Below are positions 34,002-43,883 of a DNA stretch of 64,000 nucleotides, piece by piece. The notes under the pieces were generated by a model. The model saw only the letters and a program-made list of their open reading frames with translations, had not been told where the DNA came from and did no database searches. Numbering within the stretch: the stretch's first letter is position 1; every line of letters begins with the position of its first letter. The position numbers were made by a program, and so were the translations under genes. The stretch comes from an uncultured Actinomycetes bacterium (GTDB lineage Bacteria > Actinomycetota > Actinomycetes > S36-B12), in NCBI GenBank assembly GCA_963755335.1, contig CAVWJW010000004.1, positions 396,473 through 460,472 on the forward strand, written 5' to 3'.

Positions 34002-35018
34002 TCAGTGTCTGCGGGCCAATGCGACGACGAAGTCTTTCGTGAACTCGGCGTAATAGGTGGATGGGGCTCGCCAGATGCGTGGCTGGATTCGATGACCAGC
34101 TGGTAGGTGGTGAGCCGTTGGCTTGTCGTAGTAGAAGCCTGTTGGCCAGGACTTGTTCATGTCGAGGACGATCGCGGTGCGGACGCCTGCGTGCACGAGG
34201 GCGGCGGCGAGGGCGTCCGTGGTGATCTCGCTCCCGTAGGCGAAGACGAGGCTGCCGTCGGCGAGTTGTCCCAGCGCGGTGCGATTGGCCGTGGGAAGGC
34301 CGCCGTTGGCCTGCCCCCACTTGGCTCGGCTGTCGTGTGCGGTGGCGTGCGATCTGCCGCCTGAGACGAGAGGCGGCAGGTTCTGACGGATCACGCTGGT
34401 GCCGGGCGCGATGCGCGTGCCGGCCTTCCACACTCGCACGTCGAGGCGCCCGGCTGCATCGATAGTGAAGGCGGCAAGGCCTGGCTGCAGGGGTTTGACC
34501 TTGATGCCGTCGTAGTAGTAGCCGCCGGCCTGGTCCTTGAGATGGAAGGCCCCGTTGAAGGCGGCGATCATGCGGGGTACCCACGTTGATGCCTGACGAT
34601 CCTGTGGTCGCTTAGGACTGTTCTCGGGGTAGGCGGAGCCGGGGATGTAGCGGAATCGCAGGAGTTGCGGATTCATCCACATCAGGCCGATGCGTCCGTG
34701 GTCCGTCAGCGCGACCTCGACGGGGTGCTGTCCGAGCACCTTTCGCCCGCGTGGCCGCCAGAGGATCCCCGATGCTGGGGGAGGGCCTAGGGTCGGCGGC
34801 GGGGCCGGCGCAGGGACGCCCGCGACGGATGGCGCGGCCAAAGGCCCGGCCTTAGGGACAGGCGCGGCGCTGCCGCTCGGGGCCGAAGCGAGCGCTGATG
34901 GCGCAGACGCGGACGGCGCTGGTGGAGGGTTCGTCGTGGGGGCGACGACTGCGGGGCCGCAGGCGGCCAGCACGAGCGTGACCATCAGGAGGCATCCCGG
35001 GCGTGCCCATCGAGTCAT
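34002..35018 (-). CDS. phosphodiester glycosidase-like lipoprotein
   Basis: LAACG lipobox; AAFNGAF, RQNLPPLV, RTALG, A..LDMN. Confidence 0.7.
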   Translation of the reverse strand: MTRWARPGCLLMVTLVLAACGPAVVAPTTNPPPAPSASAPSALASAPSGSAAPVPKAGPLAAPSVAGVPAPAPPPTLGPPPASGILWRPRGRKVLGQHPVEVALTDHGRIGLMWMNPQLLRFRYIPGSAYPENSPKRPQDRQASTWVPRMIAAFNGAFHLKDQAGGYYYDGIKVKPLQPGLAAFTIDAAGRLDVRVWKAGTRIAPGTSVIRQNLPPLVSGGRSHATAHDSRAKWGQANGGLPTANRTALGQLADGSLVFAYGSEITTDALAAALVHAGVRTAIVLDMNKSWPTGFYYDKPTAHHLPAGHRIQPRIWRAPSTYYAEFTKDFVVALARRH

Positions 35019-35033
35019 GGCGATGGCCTGTTG

Positions 35034-36626
35034 TCAGCTCGACGGGCCGGGCGTCGGCTGCCCTGATGCTGCCGGCCCGTAGAGCTTGAGGCCGCGAACC
35101 TTCAGCAGCAGCGGTCGCGCTTTGAGGACGGCCCGTGTCTGGGGGCTCAAGCCGTCAGTCTTGCTGCGGTGCAGCATGATCATGTCGTTGGCCCGAATGT
35201 AGTCCTGAAGGGTCGCTTGGTAATCGGCGTTGGACAGCCGTCGCTTGGCGGCGCTCAGGTCACCGGGATTCTGGCCACCGTCGACGCTGTAGATGGCGCC
35301 GTCGAAGTCGAATTTGGACAGGCATCCGTTGTCGAGGTTGCGACTGAGGACGTTGCTCAGCACGAGCATTCCGGCGGAGTCCGATCCGACGCAGCGCGCG
35401 TCCTTGATCAGTGGCTTGGCGGCTGCGATGCCCGCGTGGTCGAGAGTCTCCTTGACGTCGGAGCGGTCGATGCTGACGACGACGGCGACGACGATGAGTG
35501 CCCAAAGTGCGGTGATGCCGACGGCTCGGGGCAGGTGACGGTGGCTGGCGAGTTGATGCCAGGCAAGGCCGGCGCCACTGCCCAGGACGAGAAGGAGGGC
35601 TGGGGCGATGAACGAGGAGTAGCCCTTGAAGTAGACGGGCGTGGAGAGCAGAACGAGTCCCTGGACCACGAGCAGGGAACTCCACAGTCGCGTGATGGGC
35701 AGCCACCGCCAGCAGGCGACGACGGCAGCGACCACGATGAGCGCTGAAACGACGGCGGCGATCTGCAGGAGTCGGGGATGGACGACGAGCTGGTGGATGT
35801 CGATGTTCAGCATGCGGCCGACTCGGGCCAGGCGGCTTGTTCCGCCGCCGCCGCGGTTGATCTGGCCGAGGATCGTCATCTCGATCATCCGGCGTGGAGC
35901 CAACGCGAAGAAAGGTCCGAGGATGACGAGGATCACCGATGCGGCTGACGCCGCGACCCAGCCGGCTGCCTTCCATGCCCGGCTGAGGAGCAGCCAGATG
36001 ACAATGACGGCCAGGGGGACAAGCCCCCAGAGTTTGACGCTGCTGGCCAGGCCAAGGAAGGCGCCGCCCAGCACCAGGCGGCGGGTGGTCTCGTGCGAGT
36101 CGCGGATCGCCCACAACGCCGTCAACGTGCCGAGCAGGATGAACGCCTCGAGCATCGTGGTCCTCTCGACCCACACTGCGGGCGACCACACCGCATACAG
36201 GGCGCCCGCGACGAGAGCTGCCACGAGACTGACGCGACGGGCGATGAAGTAGACCAGGATCGCGTTGACGGCACCGACCACCATGATCGCGAGCCTGGCC
36301 CCGGTCCAGCCAGTGGTGTCGGATGTGAAGTGGCTGAGGGCGGCAAGGGGGCTGAGCAGCACGAGAATGCCTGGCGGGTGGACGAAGACGAAGTCCCGGT
36401 ACGGCATGAGCCCGTGGACGAGACCGGTGGAGGCGCCAAAGTAGACCCCCTCGTCGTATCCCATCAGGTGGTGGAAGCCACCCATGTGCAGCAGCGACGT
36501 GAGTCGGGACCCGAAGGCGACTACGGCGATGATCGCGGGAATGGCGATTGCCCAGGCGCGGGAGAGGTGGAAGTCACTCGGGTCCAGAACGCCGCGCTGA
36601 CCGGACGGGCGTGGTGCCAGCACCAA
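35034..36626 (-). CDS. GT-C fold membrane glycosyltransferase (GT87/GT39-like)
   Basis: YDEGVY, PYRDFVFVHPPG, many TM helices. Confidence 0.8.
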   Translation of the reverse strand: MVLAPRPSGQRGVLDPSDFHLSRAWAIAIPAIIAVVAFGSRLTSLLHMGGFHHLMGYDEGVYFGASTGLVHGLMPYRDFVFVHPPGILVLLSPLAALSHFTSDTTGWTGARLAIMVVGAVNAILVYFIARRVSLVAALVAGALYAVWSPAVWVERTTMLEAFILLGTLTALWAIRDSHETTRRLVLGGAFLGLASSVKLWGLVPLAVIVIWLLLSRAWKAAGWVAASAASVILVILGPFFALAPRRMIEMTILGQINRGGGGTSRLARVGRMLNIDIHQLVVHPRLLQIAAVVSALIVVAAVVACWRWLPITRLWSSLLVVQGLVLLSTPVYFKGYSSFIAPALLLVLGSGAGLAWHQLASHRHLPRAVGITALWALIVVAVVVSIDRSDVKETLDHAGIAAAKPLIKDARCVGSDSAGMLVLSNVLSRNLDNGCLSKFDFDGAIYSVDGGQNPGDLSAAKRRLSNADYQATLQDYIRANDMIMLHRSKTDGLSPQTRAVLKARPLLLKVRGLKLYGPAASGQPTPGPSS

Positions 36627-37510
36627 GAACTCCGATTCCTCGAGGACGAGCGACGACCGTGCCGTGCTGTCAACGCTACGGTGACGTTCCTAAGGCTCCG
36701 CTGAGAGACGGGTGCGGCGATGCTCAGGTTGCCGCGCAGGTTCCGTTCGTCACTCTGAAGGCCTGAGGCGATAAGTGCGGGTAGTGGGGGTGAGCGCGCA
36801 GGTATTGATCGTCGATGACGAAGTGCCTCTCGCGGGTCGATTCGTATGAGGCTCGTTGCCACGGGCTTCGATGTTGATGTCGTTCATGGCCTCGAACCAC
36901 GAGCGGAGCGGCGACCAAAGTTCTGTCAAATTGCCGAAGGTGCACCAGGGCCCAGCCAATTTGAACCCGACCACATCGCATTGGTTGCAGAGCTCGCAGG
37001 AGTCTGGGGAGCCACCCGCGCATGGACCCGGGTGCCCACCGGAATACTCAGATCTGCGACTGCACTCGGCGAGCGCCGTCGGCGCCGGGGCCATAGGCGG
37101 CGCTGACGTGGAGCAATGACTTATCCCAAATATTGATGCGACGACGCGCTGGGGCAATGAGTGCTCGTTTGGGGGCCGCCGACGCCTGCGAGGTGTGCAC
37201 TTCCCAGTAACCGCGCAACTCATCGGGAAGCGGCCAGAACTCGTAGTCGAGGCGCTCGAGACCGGCTTCCATCGTCAAGGCTCGCGAGCAGGACGGTGAT
37301 GGCCACCGTGCGGCTCCCGAACGGAGCTACTCCACCGCCCGGACCCGTGCCTGTGGTCAAACAGCGTGACGTTCACTCCGCACAAGTAGACGTACCCGGT
37401 CGGCTTCACCAAGTGTTCTTGTGAAGGGCCGTCGCACCCAGGCAGGCACCCACGGATGACTCTTCAATTTCGGCCCGATTTGCCTGACCATCCCATGCTG
37501 GCCCCGCTGG

Positions 37511-37530
37511 TTGACCTTCCGATCTTTGCG
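37511..37530 (+). repeat. isolated att-like core
   Basis: ttgaccttccgatctttgc identical to 63367-63385. Confidence 0.7.
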
Positions 37531-37661
37531 ATCCGGATCCTCCATCTTCGTACGTTGACGAACCCTCGGGGTTGGGGAATCCTTCATCGAGGGACCGAAC
37601 ACACGTCGACATGCCACCGAAGACCTCGTCACCTTTGGTAGATCCAAGGGGGGATGCCTGC

Positions 37662-39383
37662 ATGGTCGAGATTCTCTACGACATTGTCGGTTGGCGGGCA
37701 TTTCTCCCCGCCTTTGCGCTGGTCCTGACGGCGGTGTTGACGTGGCCGGCCTGTTGGCTTGTGTTGGCGAGGTACCGAACGCACGTTTCTCGCGGTATGC
37801 GGGCACGCTCGACTTCCATCGTTGCCACCGTTGGCCCTAGTTCCAGCCGGTCCACGACCGGTCGAACAACATCCCTAGCCATTCCACCGTGGCCACTTCG
37901 TGAGCAAGGCACTCCCTTCAGGTCGCTGCACCCGGTTGTTCGGGCCACCGGGAGCTCGGAAACGCGCACCGTCCTCGCGCACCGCGCTCGTGCACAGGTC
38001 CGTCGAGCGCAGTTCGCCTACTTGGCCGCTGGCATCGGTTTCGCGGTTTGCGGCGCAGTTGTCCTCGTCTGGACGTCCGACGTCTATTTCCCAGATTGGG
38101 GGACCTTCCTCACGTTGGCCCTTACCGCGGGATGGGTGGCCATCCCGATTTCCGCCGCGGTCGGAATCACGAATCCATGGTGGCGCGTCGGTGTTGCGGT
38201 GGCGTGGGCGGCAGCGATCGTGGCGGCGTCAAGTGCGACGTACTACGGAGCCCTCGTCGGCCGGAGCGCGGCGCTCTGGGGCGTCGCCGCGATCGTGTAT
38301 TGGGTCTTCCCTCAGGTGATACTGATCGCGACCACGTCGGCGACTCGGATCCGTGGAGCGTCCTGGTTCGTGGCTCCGTCACTCCTCGCACTCGTCCTTG
38401 CGACTGGTTATGCGTGGTTTGCCGTGCGCGAGTGGGGCTCTCCGGGCAGTCCTCTCCGCAACGCTGCTCTCGACCTTGGGGTCAGCGTTTCGCTGCTTGT
38501 CGGTTTGATCTGCTATGTGGTCGTCATGGTGTGGCTGTACGAACGTAAGGCCGTCAGCGACCAGGGACTCCTGATCAGGCAGTGGTGGGTCATGTGCGCC
38601 GTCTACATGGCATTCGGTCTGCAGCTCGACAAGTCCGCGTGGAGCGAAGGGGGCTGGATTTGGTATCTGGCGTTCGTACCACCGATCACCGCGGCGTTCT
38701 TGCTGGCGTGGCTCTTGATGCTGCCCCTCCGCAGCCGTGCTCGGACTCATCGTCCGGTGCGGCTGTTGCTGTTGCGCACGTTCGGTCATCGAGGGCGCTC
38801 CACTCGCCTGCTACGCGATCTGACGAAGTTCTGGCGTTGGGTCGGGTCGGTGGAACTGATTACCGCCTCGGATCTGGCGACGGAGACGTTGGAGCCCACA
38901 GAGTTCCTTGACTTCCTGAGGCGTCGGACGAACGACCGCTTCGTCCGTGACCAAGCCGACTTGAAGCAGCGATTGGAGGCACTCGACCTACAGCCTGACG
39001 GAGACGGACGCTTTCGAGTAAACGAATTCCTATGCCGCGACGACACGTGGCGGCCAACGGTGATGGCTCTCGCCACCCAGGCAGACGTCGTGCTCATCGA
39101 TCTTCGCAACTTCACCGTCGCCAACGACGGCGTACGTTTCGAACTCGACGCACTGGTGGCCACTGTCCCGCTGCGAATGGTGGTCGGGATCGTGGACAGG
39201 ACCACGGATACCGAGCACCTTCGTCACTGCCTCACCGTGGCGACCGCGAGCGCACGAGAATCGACTCCGGCCATGGACATGCAGGATTCCGGACTGACGC
39301 TGTTGCATGTCGGATTCAGGCATCGCTCCAGAGACGCTTCTCGACTTCTTGATGCCCTCGCTGGCGCCGCGACGCCTCCATGA
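37662..39383 (+). CDS. multi-TM protein with C-terminal cytoplasmic Rossmannoid domain
   Basis: About 9 TM helices then LLLLRTFG...WRWVGSV.LI...C.DDTWR..V...ADVVLIDLR.F...N.GV.FEL. Confidence 0.7.
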   Translation: MVEILYDIVGWRAFLPAFALVLTAVLTWPACWLVLARYRTHVSRGMRARSTSIVATVGPSSSRSTTGRTTSLAIPPWPLREQGTPFRSLHPVVRATGSSETRTVLAHRARAQVRRAQFAYLAAGIGFAVCGAVVLVWTSDVYFPDWGTFLTLALTAGWVAIPISAAVGITNPWWRVGVAVAWAAAIVAASSATYYGALVGRSAALWGVAAIVYWVFPQVILIATTSATRIRGASWFVAPSLLALVLATGYAWFAVREWGSPGSPLRNAALDLGVSVSLLVGLICYVVVMVWLYERKAVSDQGLLIRQWWVMCAVYMAFGLQLDKSAWSEGGWIWYLAFVPPITAAFLLAWLLMLPLRSRARTHRPVRLLLLRTFGHRGRSTRLLRDLTKFWRWVGSVELITASDLATETLEPTEFLDFLRRRTNDRFVRDQADLKQRLEALDLQPDGDGRFRVNEFLCRDDTWRPTVMALATQADVVLIDLRNFTVANDGVRFELDALVATVPLRMVVGIVDRTTDTEHLRHCLTVATASARESTPAMDMQDSGLTLLHVGFRHRSRDASRLLDALAGAATPP

Positions 39384-39499
39384 GCGATCGTCAGGTTGGT
39401 GGGATCTGTCTAGGACGGCCATGTGCGCACCGGCCAGTGCGCGCACGCGTACCCACGGGTTCGCATCGGATATGGCATCCGATACAGGCCTCGACCCGT

Positions 39500-39728
39500 G
39501 AGGCGCATTCACGTCCGCCTCACGCGCCCGATGCTCCCCTCACGCCAGCTGATCCGCTCCACAGTGGAGAACCTCAGTTCCTGGGATCGAGTGGTCATCT
39601 ACTACGACAACGGCCAGAGAGAACTCACGAACCTCGTCCACGGCGTCTTCAACGCGCACCTAACGACCGTCGAGGTCCGCAAAGTTGTCCCGGCACGCTA
39701 CAGCCTGTTCCAAGTCACCGACCTGTGA
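39500..39728 (+). pseudogene. DUF3800-like protein fragment
   Basis: VIYYDNGQRELTN...RKV.P..YSLFQVTDL. Confidence 0.55.
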
Positions 39729-39997
39729 TGTCCTGGCAGTCGGTGAACGCACGCGCCCACTAGGCACGGATCGCTGGCTAAACGGCGCTTCGGGTGGCCT
39801 GAATCCATTACGGTGCCAGCAGCACGCCCGCGACGTCGGCGGCGTGCTTAGCGCGGGCCACCGCTGCCTCCTGCCGAATCCTCCCGCCCGGACCCGGCCG
39901 CGGCAATGGCGATCACCCCGGTGATTCCGACACCGGTCGTATTCATGCGCTCTTCGCGCTCATCGACCCCGTCGGTCGGCCTCATTCGCAAGGACGC

Positions 39998-40810
39998 TCA
40001 CCCCCCCGCGCCCGGCGACCGGGCAAACTCCAGCAGGCCGGCGACGTCGAGGATTGAGACCGCCTGGCTCGTGGTCGCGATCAGCCCGAGGGCACGGAGA
40101 CTCGAGAGCGCGCGCACCATCGAATTGCGGGAGACTCCGATCAAGCTGGCAAGCTCATGCTGGGCCAGGGGAACGCCGACCTCGACGCCGTTGGGATCGG
40201 CGGAGCGGCCGCGTTCGATCAGCTCGACCAGGAACTTGGCCAGCGCGTGCGGGGCATCCACGGCCGTTCGCCCGACGCGTCGCCGATCGGCGGCGCCAAG
40301 CCGCCGGATCGTCGTGCGGACGAGAGCGAGAGAGGCCGCCGGATGGGCCAGCAGGAAGTCCACGAACGCCATCCCGCTGACCGCGAGGACGACCATCGAT
40401 TCGAGGGCGACGATGCTTGCTGAGCGCGACGGAAGGTCGACGAGAGCCTCCAACTCGCCGATCAGGTCCCCGGGCCCGAGGATCCCGAGGACGACAGTCC
40501 GGCCATCCACGGTGTCGACGGTGACCTTGGCCCTGCCTTCGAGCACCACGCAGACCGTGTCGCTCGAATCGCCTTGCCGCATCATCCACTCCCCGCGCTC
40601 GTACTGCTGGATGCGACAAAGCCTGCGAAACGCCGCTCGATCGCCTTCGTCCAGCAATTCCAGGAACCGGGATGCCGCTACATCGGACGGGGACACGTCC
40701 GACAATACTGCCCCGTTCTCAGCCGGACTTGACTCCATTGACCCATCTGGGGCTGCGCGCTCCCGATTGGCCAGGCTTGGATTTGGTTCGTTCGATGGAT
40801 CACCAGCCAC
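39998..40810 (-). CDS. Crp/Fnr family transcriptional regulator (start uncertain)
   Basis: QGD, LGPGDLIGE, RSAS cNMP domain; QHELASLIGVSR HTH. Confidence 0.88.
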   Translation of the reverse strand: MAGDPSNEPNPSLANRERAAPDGSMESSPAENGAVLSDVSPSDVAASRFLELLDEGDRAAFRRLCRIQQYERGEWMMRQGDSSDTVCVVLEGRAKVTVDTVDGRTVVLGILGPGDLIGELEALVDLPSRSASIVALESMVVLAVSGMAFVDFLLAHPAASLALVRTTIRRLGAADRRRVGRTAVDAPHALAKFLVELIERGRSADPNGVEVGVPLAQHELASLIGVSRNSMVRALSSLRALGLIATTSQAVSILDVAGLLEFARSPGAGG

Positions 40811-40818
40811 AGGAGAGG

Positions 40819-41262
40819 ATGACCATGCACTCGATCAGGCGATCGCTAGCCGCCATCGGCGCCATCATCGCGCTGCTCGCCCTGACGCCAAGCGCGATGG
40901 CGGCCGACCACCGCCCGTTCCACCTTGAGAAGACCTGCGCCGCTGACGCCTCCGAGCCCCTCGGCTACATCTGCACGATCCAGAACTCCAACTTCAGGTT
41001 GTTCGCGCCCGGTACCCACGTCCGCTACCTGAGCCAGAATCCGACTGGGGACGTCGTCCAGGCTCGAATCGAGATCAAGGGTGGCAGTACCGATGGCACC
41101 TGCACGTGGAGCGACGGCACCCACGCCGTCTGCATCTTCGGCGGCGGAACCGGCCGCCTGGCGAGATTCCACCTCGACGTCGCCGTCACCGCCAACGCGG
41201 ACCAGTCCGTTTGGTATTGGGACGGCAAGTACTGGTTCGGGGAGGGTCCCGACCGCTCGTGA
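40819..41262 (+). CDS. small secreted beta-barrel-like protein
   Basis: RBS aggag; signal peptide; GGTGRL motif; divergent from Crp gene. Confidence 0.65.
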   Translation: MTMHSIRRSLAAIGAIIALLALTPSAMAADHRPFHLEKTCAADASEPLGYICTIQNSNFRLFAPGTHVRYLSQNPTGDVVQARIEIKGGSTDGTCTWSDGTHAVCIFGGGTGRLARFHLDVAVTANADQSVWYWDGKYWFGEGPDRS

Positions 41263-41716
41263 CGCGTGGGCCGGCGCCTGCGATCGGCGCATCCCTGAAC
41301 GCGCGCGACCGACACTGCACCCAGAGGCATCACAGTCACCTGGCACTGGGTCACGACACCGGGCACCGTGGGGCGAATCCTGTCATGTCAGGTCATCGCT
41401 CCGGGCACGATCGCCAGCTGTACCCGCCGCAAGGCGTCCTGCACGCTTTACGGACTGATTCCGGGCCGCTAGGGCCACATCACGTCGAACGTTAGCCGAG
41501 CCCTTCTCGAGGTGATAGCTGGGCGCAACGCCACGCATGATCGCCGTCGTAGAACGGTCTTCTGGGTGGAGCCCGGTGCCTATGACCGAGTCGTCCACGG
41601 ACGCGCACAAGCAAAGTGTCTGCCCAACGGGCACGCAGAGGCGACCGGTGCCGGTGGCCGTCGTAGGTGGCGCCCACTGGGTCTCCCGTCAGATTCCGGC
41701 ACCCGTTTCTGTGGCG

Positions 41717-41884
41717 TCAGATCGCGATACGTGGTCCCGCAGAGTCGGGGATGTTGTCCTCCTTGCCGCACCGCGAGCACTCGAGGTAGCGGCCACCTTC
41801 GTCGTTGGTCTTCTTGACCCACTTGTGCACGCCGACTTTGCATCGCCACGAGGTTCCCGTGGCTACTTCGACTGGTTCATCCAT
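41717..41884 (-). CDS. 55-aa Zn-binding small protein (C.xG.H.W ... C.RC; DUF1660-like)
   Basis: RBS aaggag; MDEPVEVATGTSWRCKVGVHKWVKKTNDEGGRYLECSRCGKE...; too short for the ORF track. Confidence 0.65.
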   Translation of the reverse strand: MDEPVEVATGTSWRCKVGVHKWVKKTNDEGGRYLECSRCGKEDNIPDSAGPRIAI

Positions 41885-42148
41885 GTGGGTCTCCTTGGGG
41901 CATCAGCGATGCCGCCGCCCCCCGGCAGCCTGACCGCTTTGGACTGTACGCCGACATAGACGTTCGGGGTAGGCCCACGAGGCGGTCCATCTCGACTGGC
42001 GTGACTCCGCAAGGGCTGGCGCAAGCACGACGCCCGAAACCGCAACACCGCGACGAATCGGCAGGCTAGCACCCGGAAGGAAGACCCCAATGGCGTCGTC
42101 GTTCGAAGGTTGCAGCGCGTTCAGGCCATGAAGTGTGTCGTGCCGCCC

Positions 42149-42350
42149 GGGTTGCGGAGCTTCCACTTGTTGCGCTGCAACGACTTTGGTGGCCAGGGGC
42201 GGGGTCGAACCGCCGGCCCTTCCGATCTTCAGCCGACCCCGATCGATTCTCGGCCCTCACAAAGTCATTGGTAATCAACAACTATTGGCGTGCCGGCGAC
42301 TCACAGGAGCCAGCGAGAGCCAGCAAGTCAGGGCAGACATCAGGGCAGAT
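42149..42350 (+). repeat. best-preserved att-like repeat
   Basis: tgcgctgcaacgactt + tRNA-Phe 3' half + aagtcattggtaatcaacaact + gggcagacatcagggcaga. Confidence 0.85.
42187..42232 (-). pseudogene. 3' half of tRNA-Phe (anticodon loop to CCA), att-site duplicate
   Basis: Minus strand CTGAAGATCGGAAGGGCCGGCGGTTCGACCCCGCCCCTGGCCACCA; T-arm and CCA present, 5' half absent. Confidence 0.85.
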
Positions 42351-42453
42351 ATGTTGCACCGTCGCTCTCACGGCGTCCCGCATCCGGAGCAGGTTGAACT
42401 CCATCCGTACGTACGGGGTGCGCCGCGACGGCGAGAGATCGACAATCGACGCC

Positions 42454-43095
42454 TCATACGGACCCGCGACGGCGCTTGCCGGACTTGCCGGCGACGAGGC
42501 GGGCGTTGACCGCGCTTCGGACGATATCGATGATCTGGGGGTCATCGTGAAGGAGATACGCGATGTCGGCTCCCGTCAGCATCGTGCCCAGCTCGACGGC
42601 GAGGCGGACCGGATCAGACCCGGCGGGCAGTTCAGCACCGTCCGCGGCCCTGCGTGCTTGGTCCGTGAGCAGCGCGATCCACGCATCGTGTTCGGCAGCG
42701 ATCAGGTCACGCACGAGCCCGGGGCGGCTGCCGACCTCGGCCGCGACGCTCGCGAAGAAGCAGCCTCCCGGATAGTCGCGTCGTTCGACGTGGTCCAGGT
42801 AGGCCAGGCAGAGGGTACGCAGTTGGGGGAGCCCGGGAGGGGCCGTCAACGCGGGCTGCACCACCTGTTGCACGAACACTGATCGGGCGTGCCCGATGAC
42901 GGCGCGCTGCAGTTCCTCTTTCGACCCGAAGAGGCCGAAGACCCCGCTCTTGCTCATCCCCGTGGCGGTGGCGAGCCCGGCCATCGAGAGGCCGTCGATT
43001 CCTTCCACCGTGGCGAGGGCGGCCGCAGCCTCAAGGATCGCCTCGCGCGACCGATCCCCATCCGTGCGAGATGGTCGTCCGGGAGTGTTCGGCAC
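42454..43095 (-). CDS. TetR/AcrR family regulator
   Basis: ILEAAAAL...G.SKSGVFGLFGSKEEL; GGCFF. Confidence 0.9.
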   Translation of the reverse strand: MPNTPGRPSRTDGDRSREAILEAAAALATVEGIDGLSMAGLATATGMSKSGVFGLFGSKEELQRAVIGHARSVFVQQVVQPALTAPPGLPQLRTLCLAYLDHVERRDYPGGCFFASVAAEVGSRPGLVRDLIAAEHDAWIALLTDQARRAADGAELPAGSDPVRLAVELGTMLTGADIAYLLHDDPQIIDIVRSAVNARLVAGKSGKRRRGSV

Positions 43096-43103
43096 CTAGA
43101 CAA

Positions 43104-43156
43104 ATTAGCACGCACGAGCGTACGGTCTACTTGTCCGCACGATCGTGCCAACTAAT
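43104..43156. promoter_or_regulatory. probable TetR operators in divergent intergenic region
   Basis: Perfect palindrome GCACGATCGTGC (43137-43148) and imperfect CGCACGAGCGTACG (43111-43124). Confidence 0.6.
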
Positions 43157-43168
43157 GAAGGGCGTTCG

Positions 43169-43708
43169 ATGTCCCCCTCGACTGCGCCAGCCCGTGAAAG
43201 ACAAGCCCCTCTCCGCAAGGCCTACGTGAACGATCCCTCGTTGGCCATCACCACCAAGCACGTGGTGTCTCGGCAGACGGACGACACCGACACCTGGCAC
43301 GGCGTCGTCGGCTCGCCGCAGTTTCCTGGCACGACCTGGAACTACGGGATCGATGCCAAGGTCGGCGGTGACGACGATCTGCCCAACCCTGGCCACCTGC
43401 TGTGCGCCGCACTCGCCGCGTGTCTGGAGAGCACCACGCGGGCGATGGCCGAGCACCTCGACATCGCCATCGCTGAGCTCGATGTCGAGGTCGTCGGCGA
43501 CGTCGACGCACGCGGCTGCCTGGCCATCGACCCAGCCGTCCGATCCGGCTTCCGCCACATCGACGTGGACGTACGCCTCCGAGCCGCCCCGGGCACCGAT
43601 CCCACCAGGCTGCGAAAGCTATTCGTCCTCGTGGAGGAACTCTGCGTCACCTTGGATACCCTCCGCACGGGAGTGCCTATAGACGTGCTCACCAAAGCGA
43701 GCACGTAG
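43169..43708 (+). CDS. OsmC family protein
   Basis: PNPG.LL.AALAAC, V.GD.D.RG, C.TLDTL. Confidence 0.85.
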   Translation: MSPSTAPARERQAPLRKAYVNDPSLAITTKHVVSRQTDDTDTWHGVVGSPQFPGTTWNYGIDAKVGGDDDLPNPGHLLCAALAACLESTTRAMAEHLDIAIAELDVEVVGDVDARGCLAIDPAVRSGFRHIDVDVRLRAAPGTDPTRLRKLFVLVEELCVTLDTLRTGVPIDVLTKAST

Positions 43709-43883
43709 CCAGCCGAGGTCAAGGTGTCGGCACCGTGAACGAGGTCCCCGGAGCGATGGCCCGTCCGCCAGTCGGTGTCGCCGCGATGCACGCGGATCAG
43801 TTCGCGAACGCTGAGGGGGTCGTCGAGCCCGGGATGCGAAGGACCTCAAGCGAGTTCAGGGTGCTCGCACGCAAGGAATTCAG

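Noticed and set aside
36750-37280. Possible gene remnant
   Set aside because: Fragmented ORFs with no family I can recognise.
42187-42260. Functional tRNA-Phe gene
   Set aside because: The 5' half (acceptor strand, D-arm) is absent and the loop and variable region are altered; it is only a 3' duplicate.
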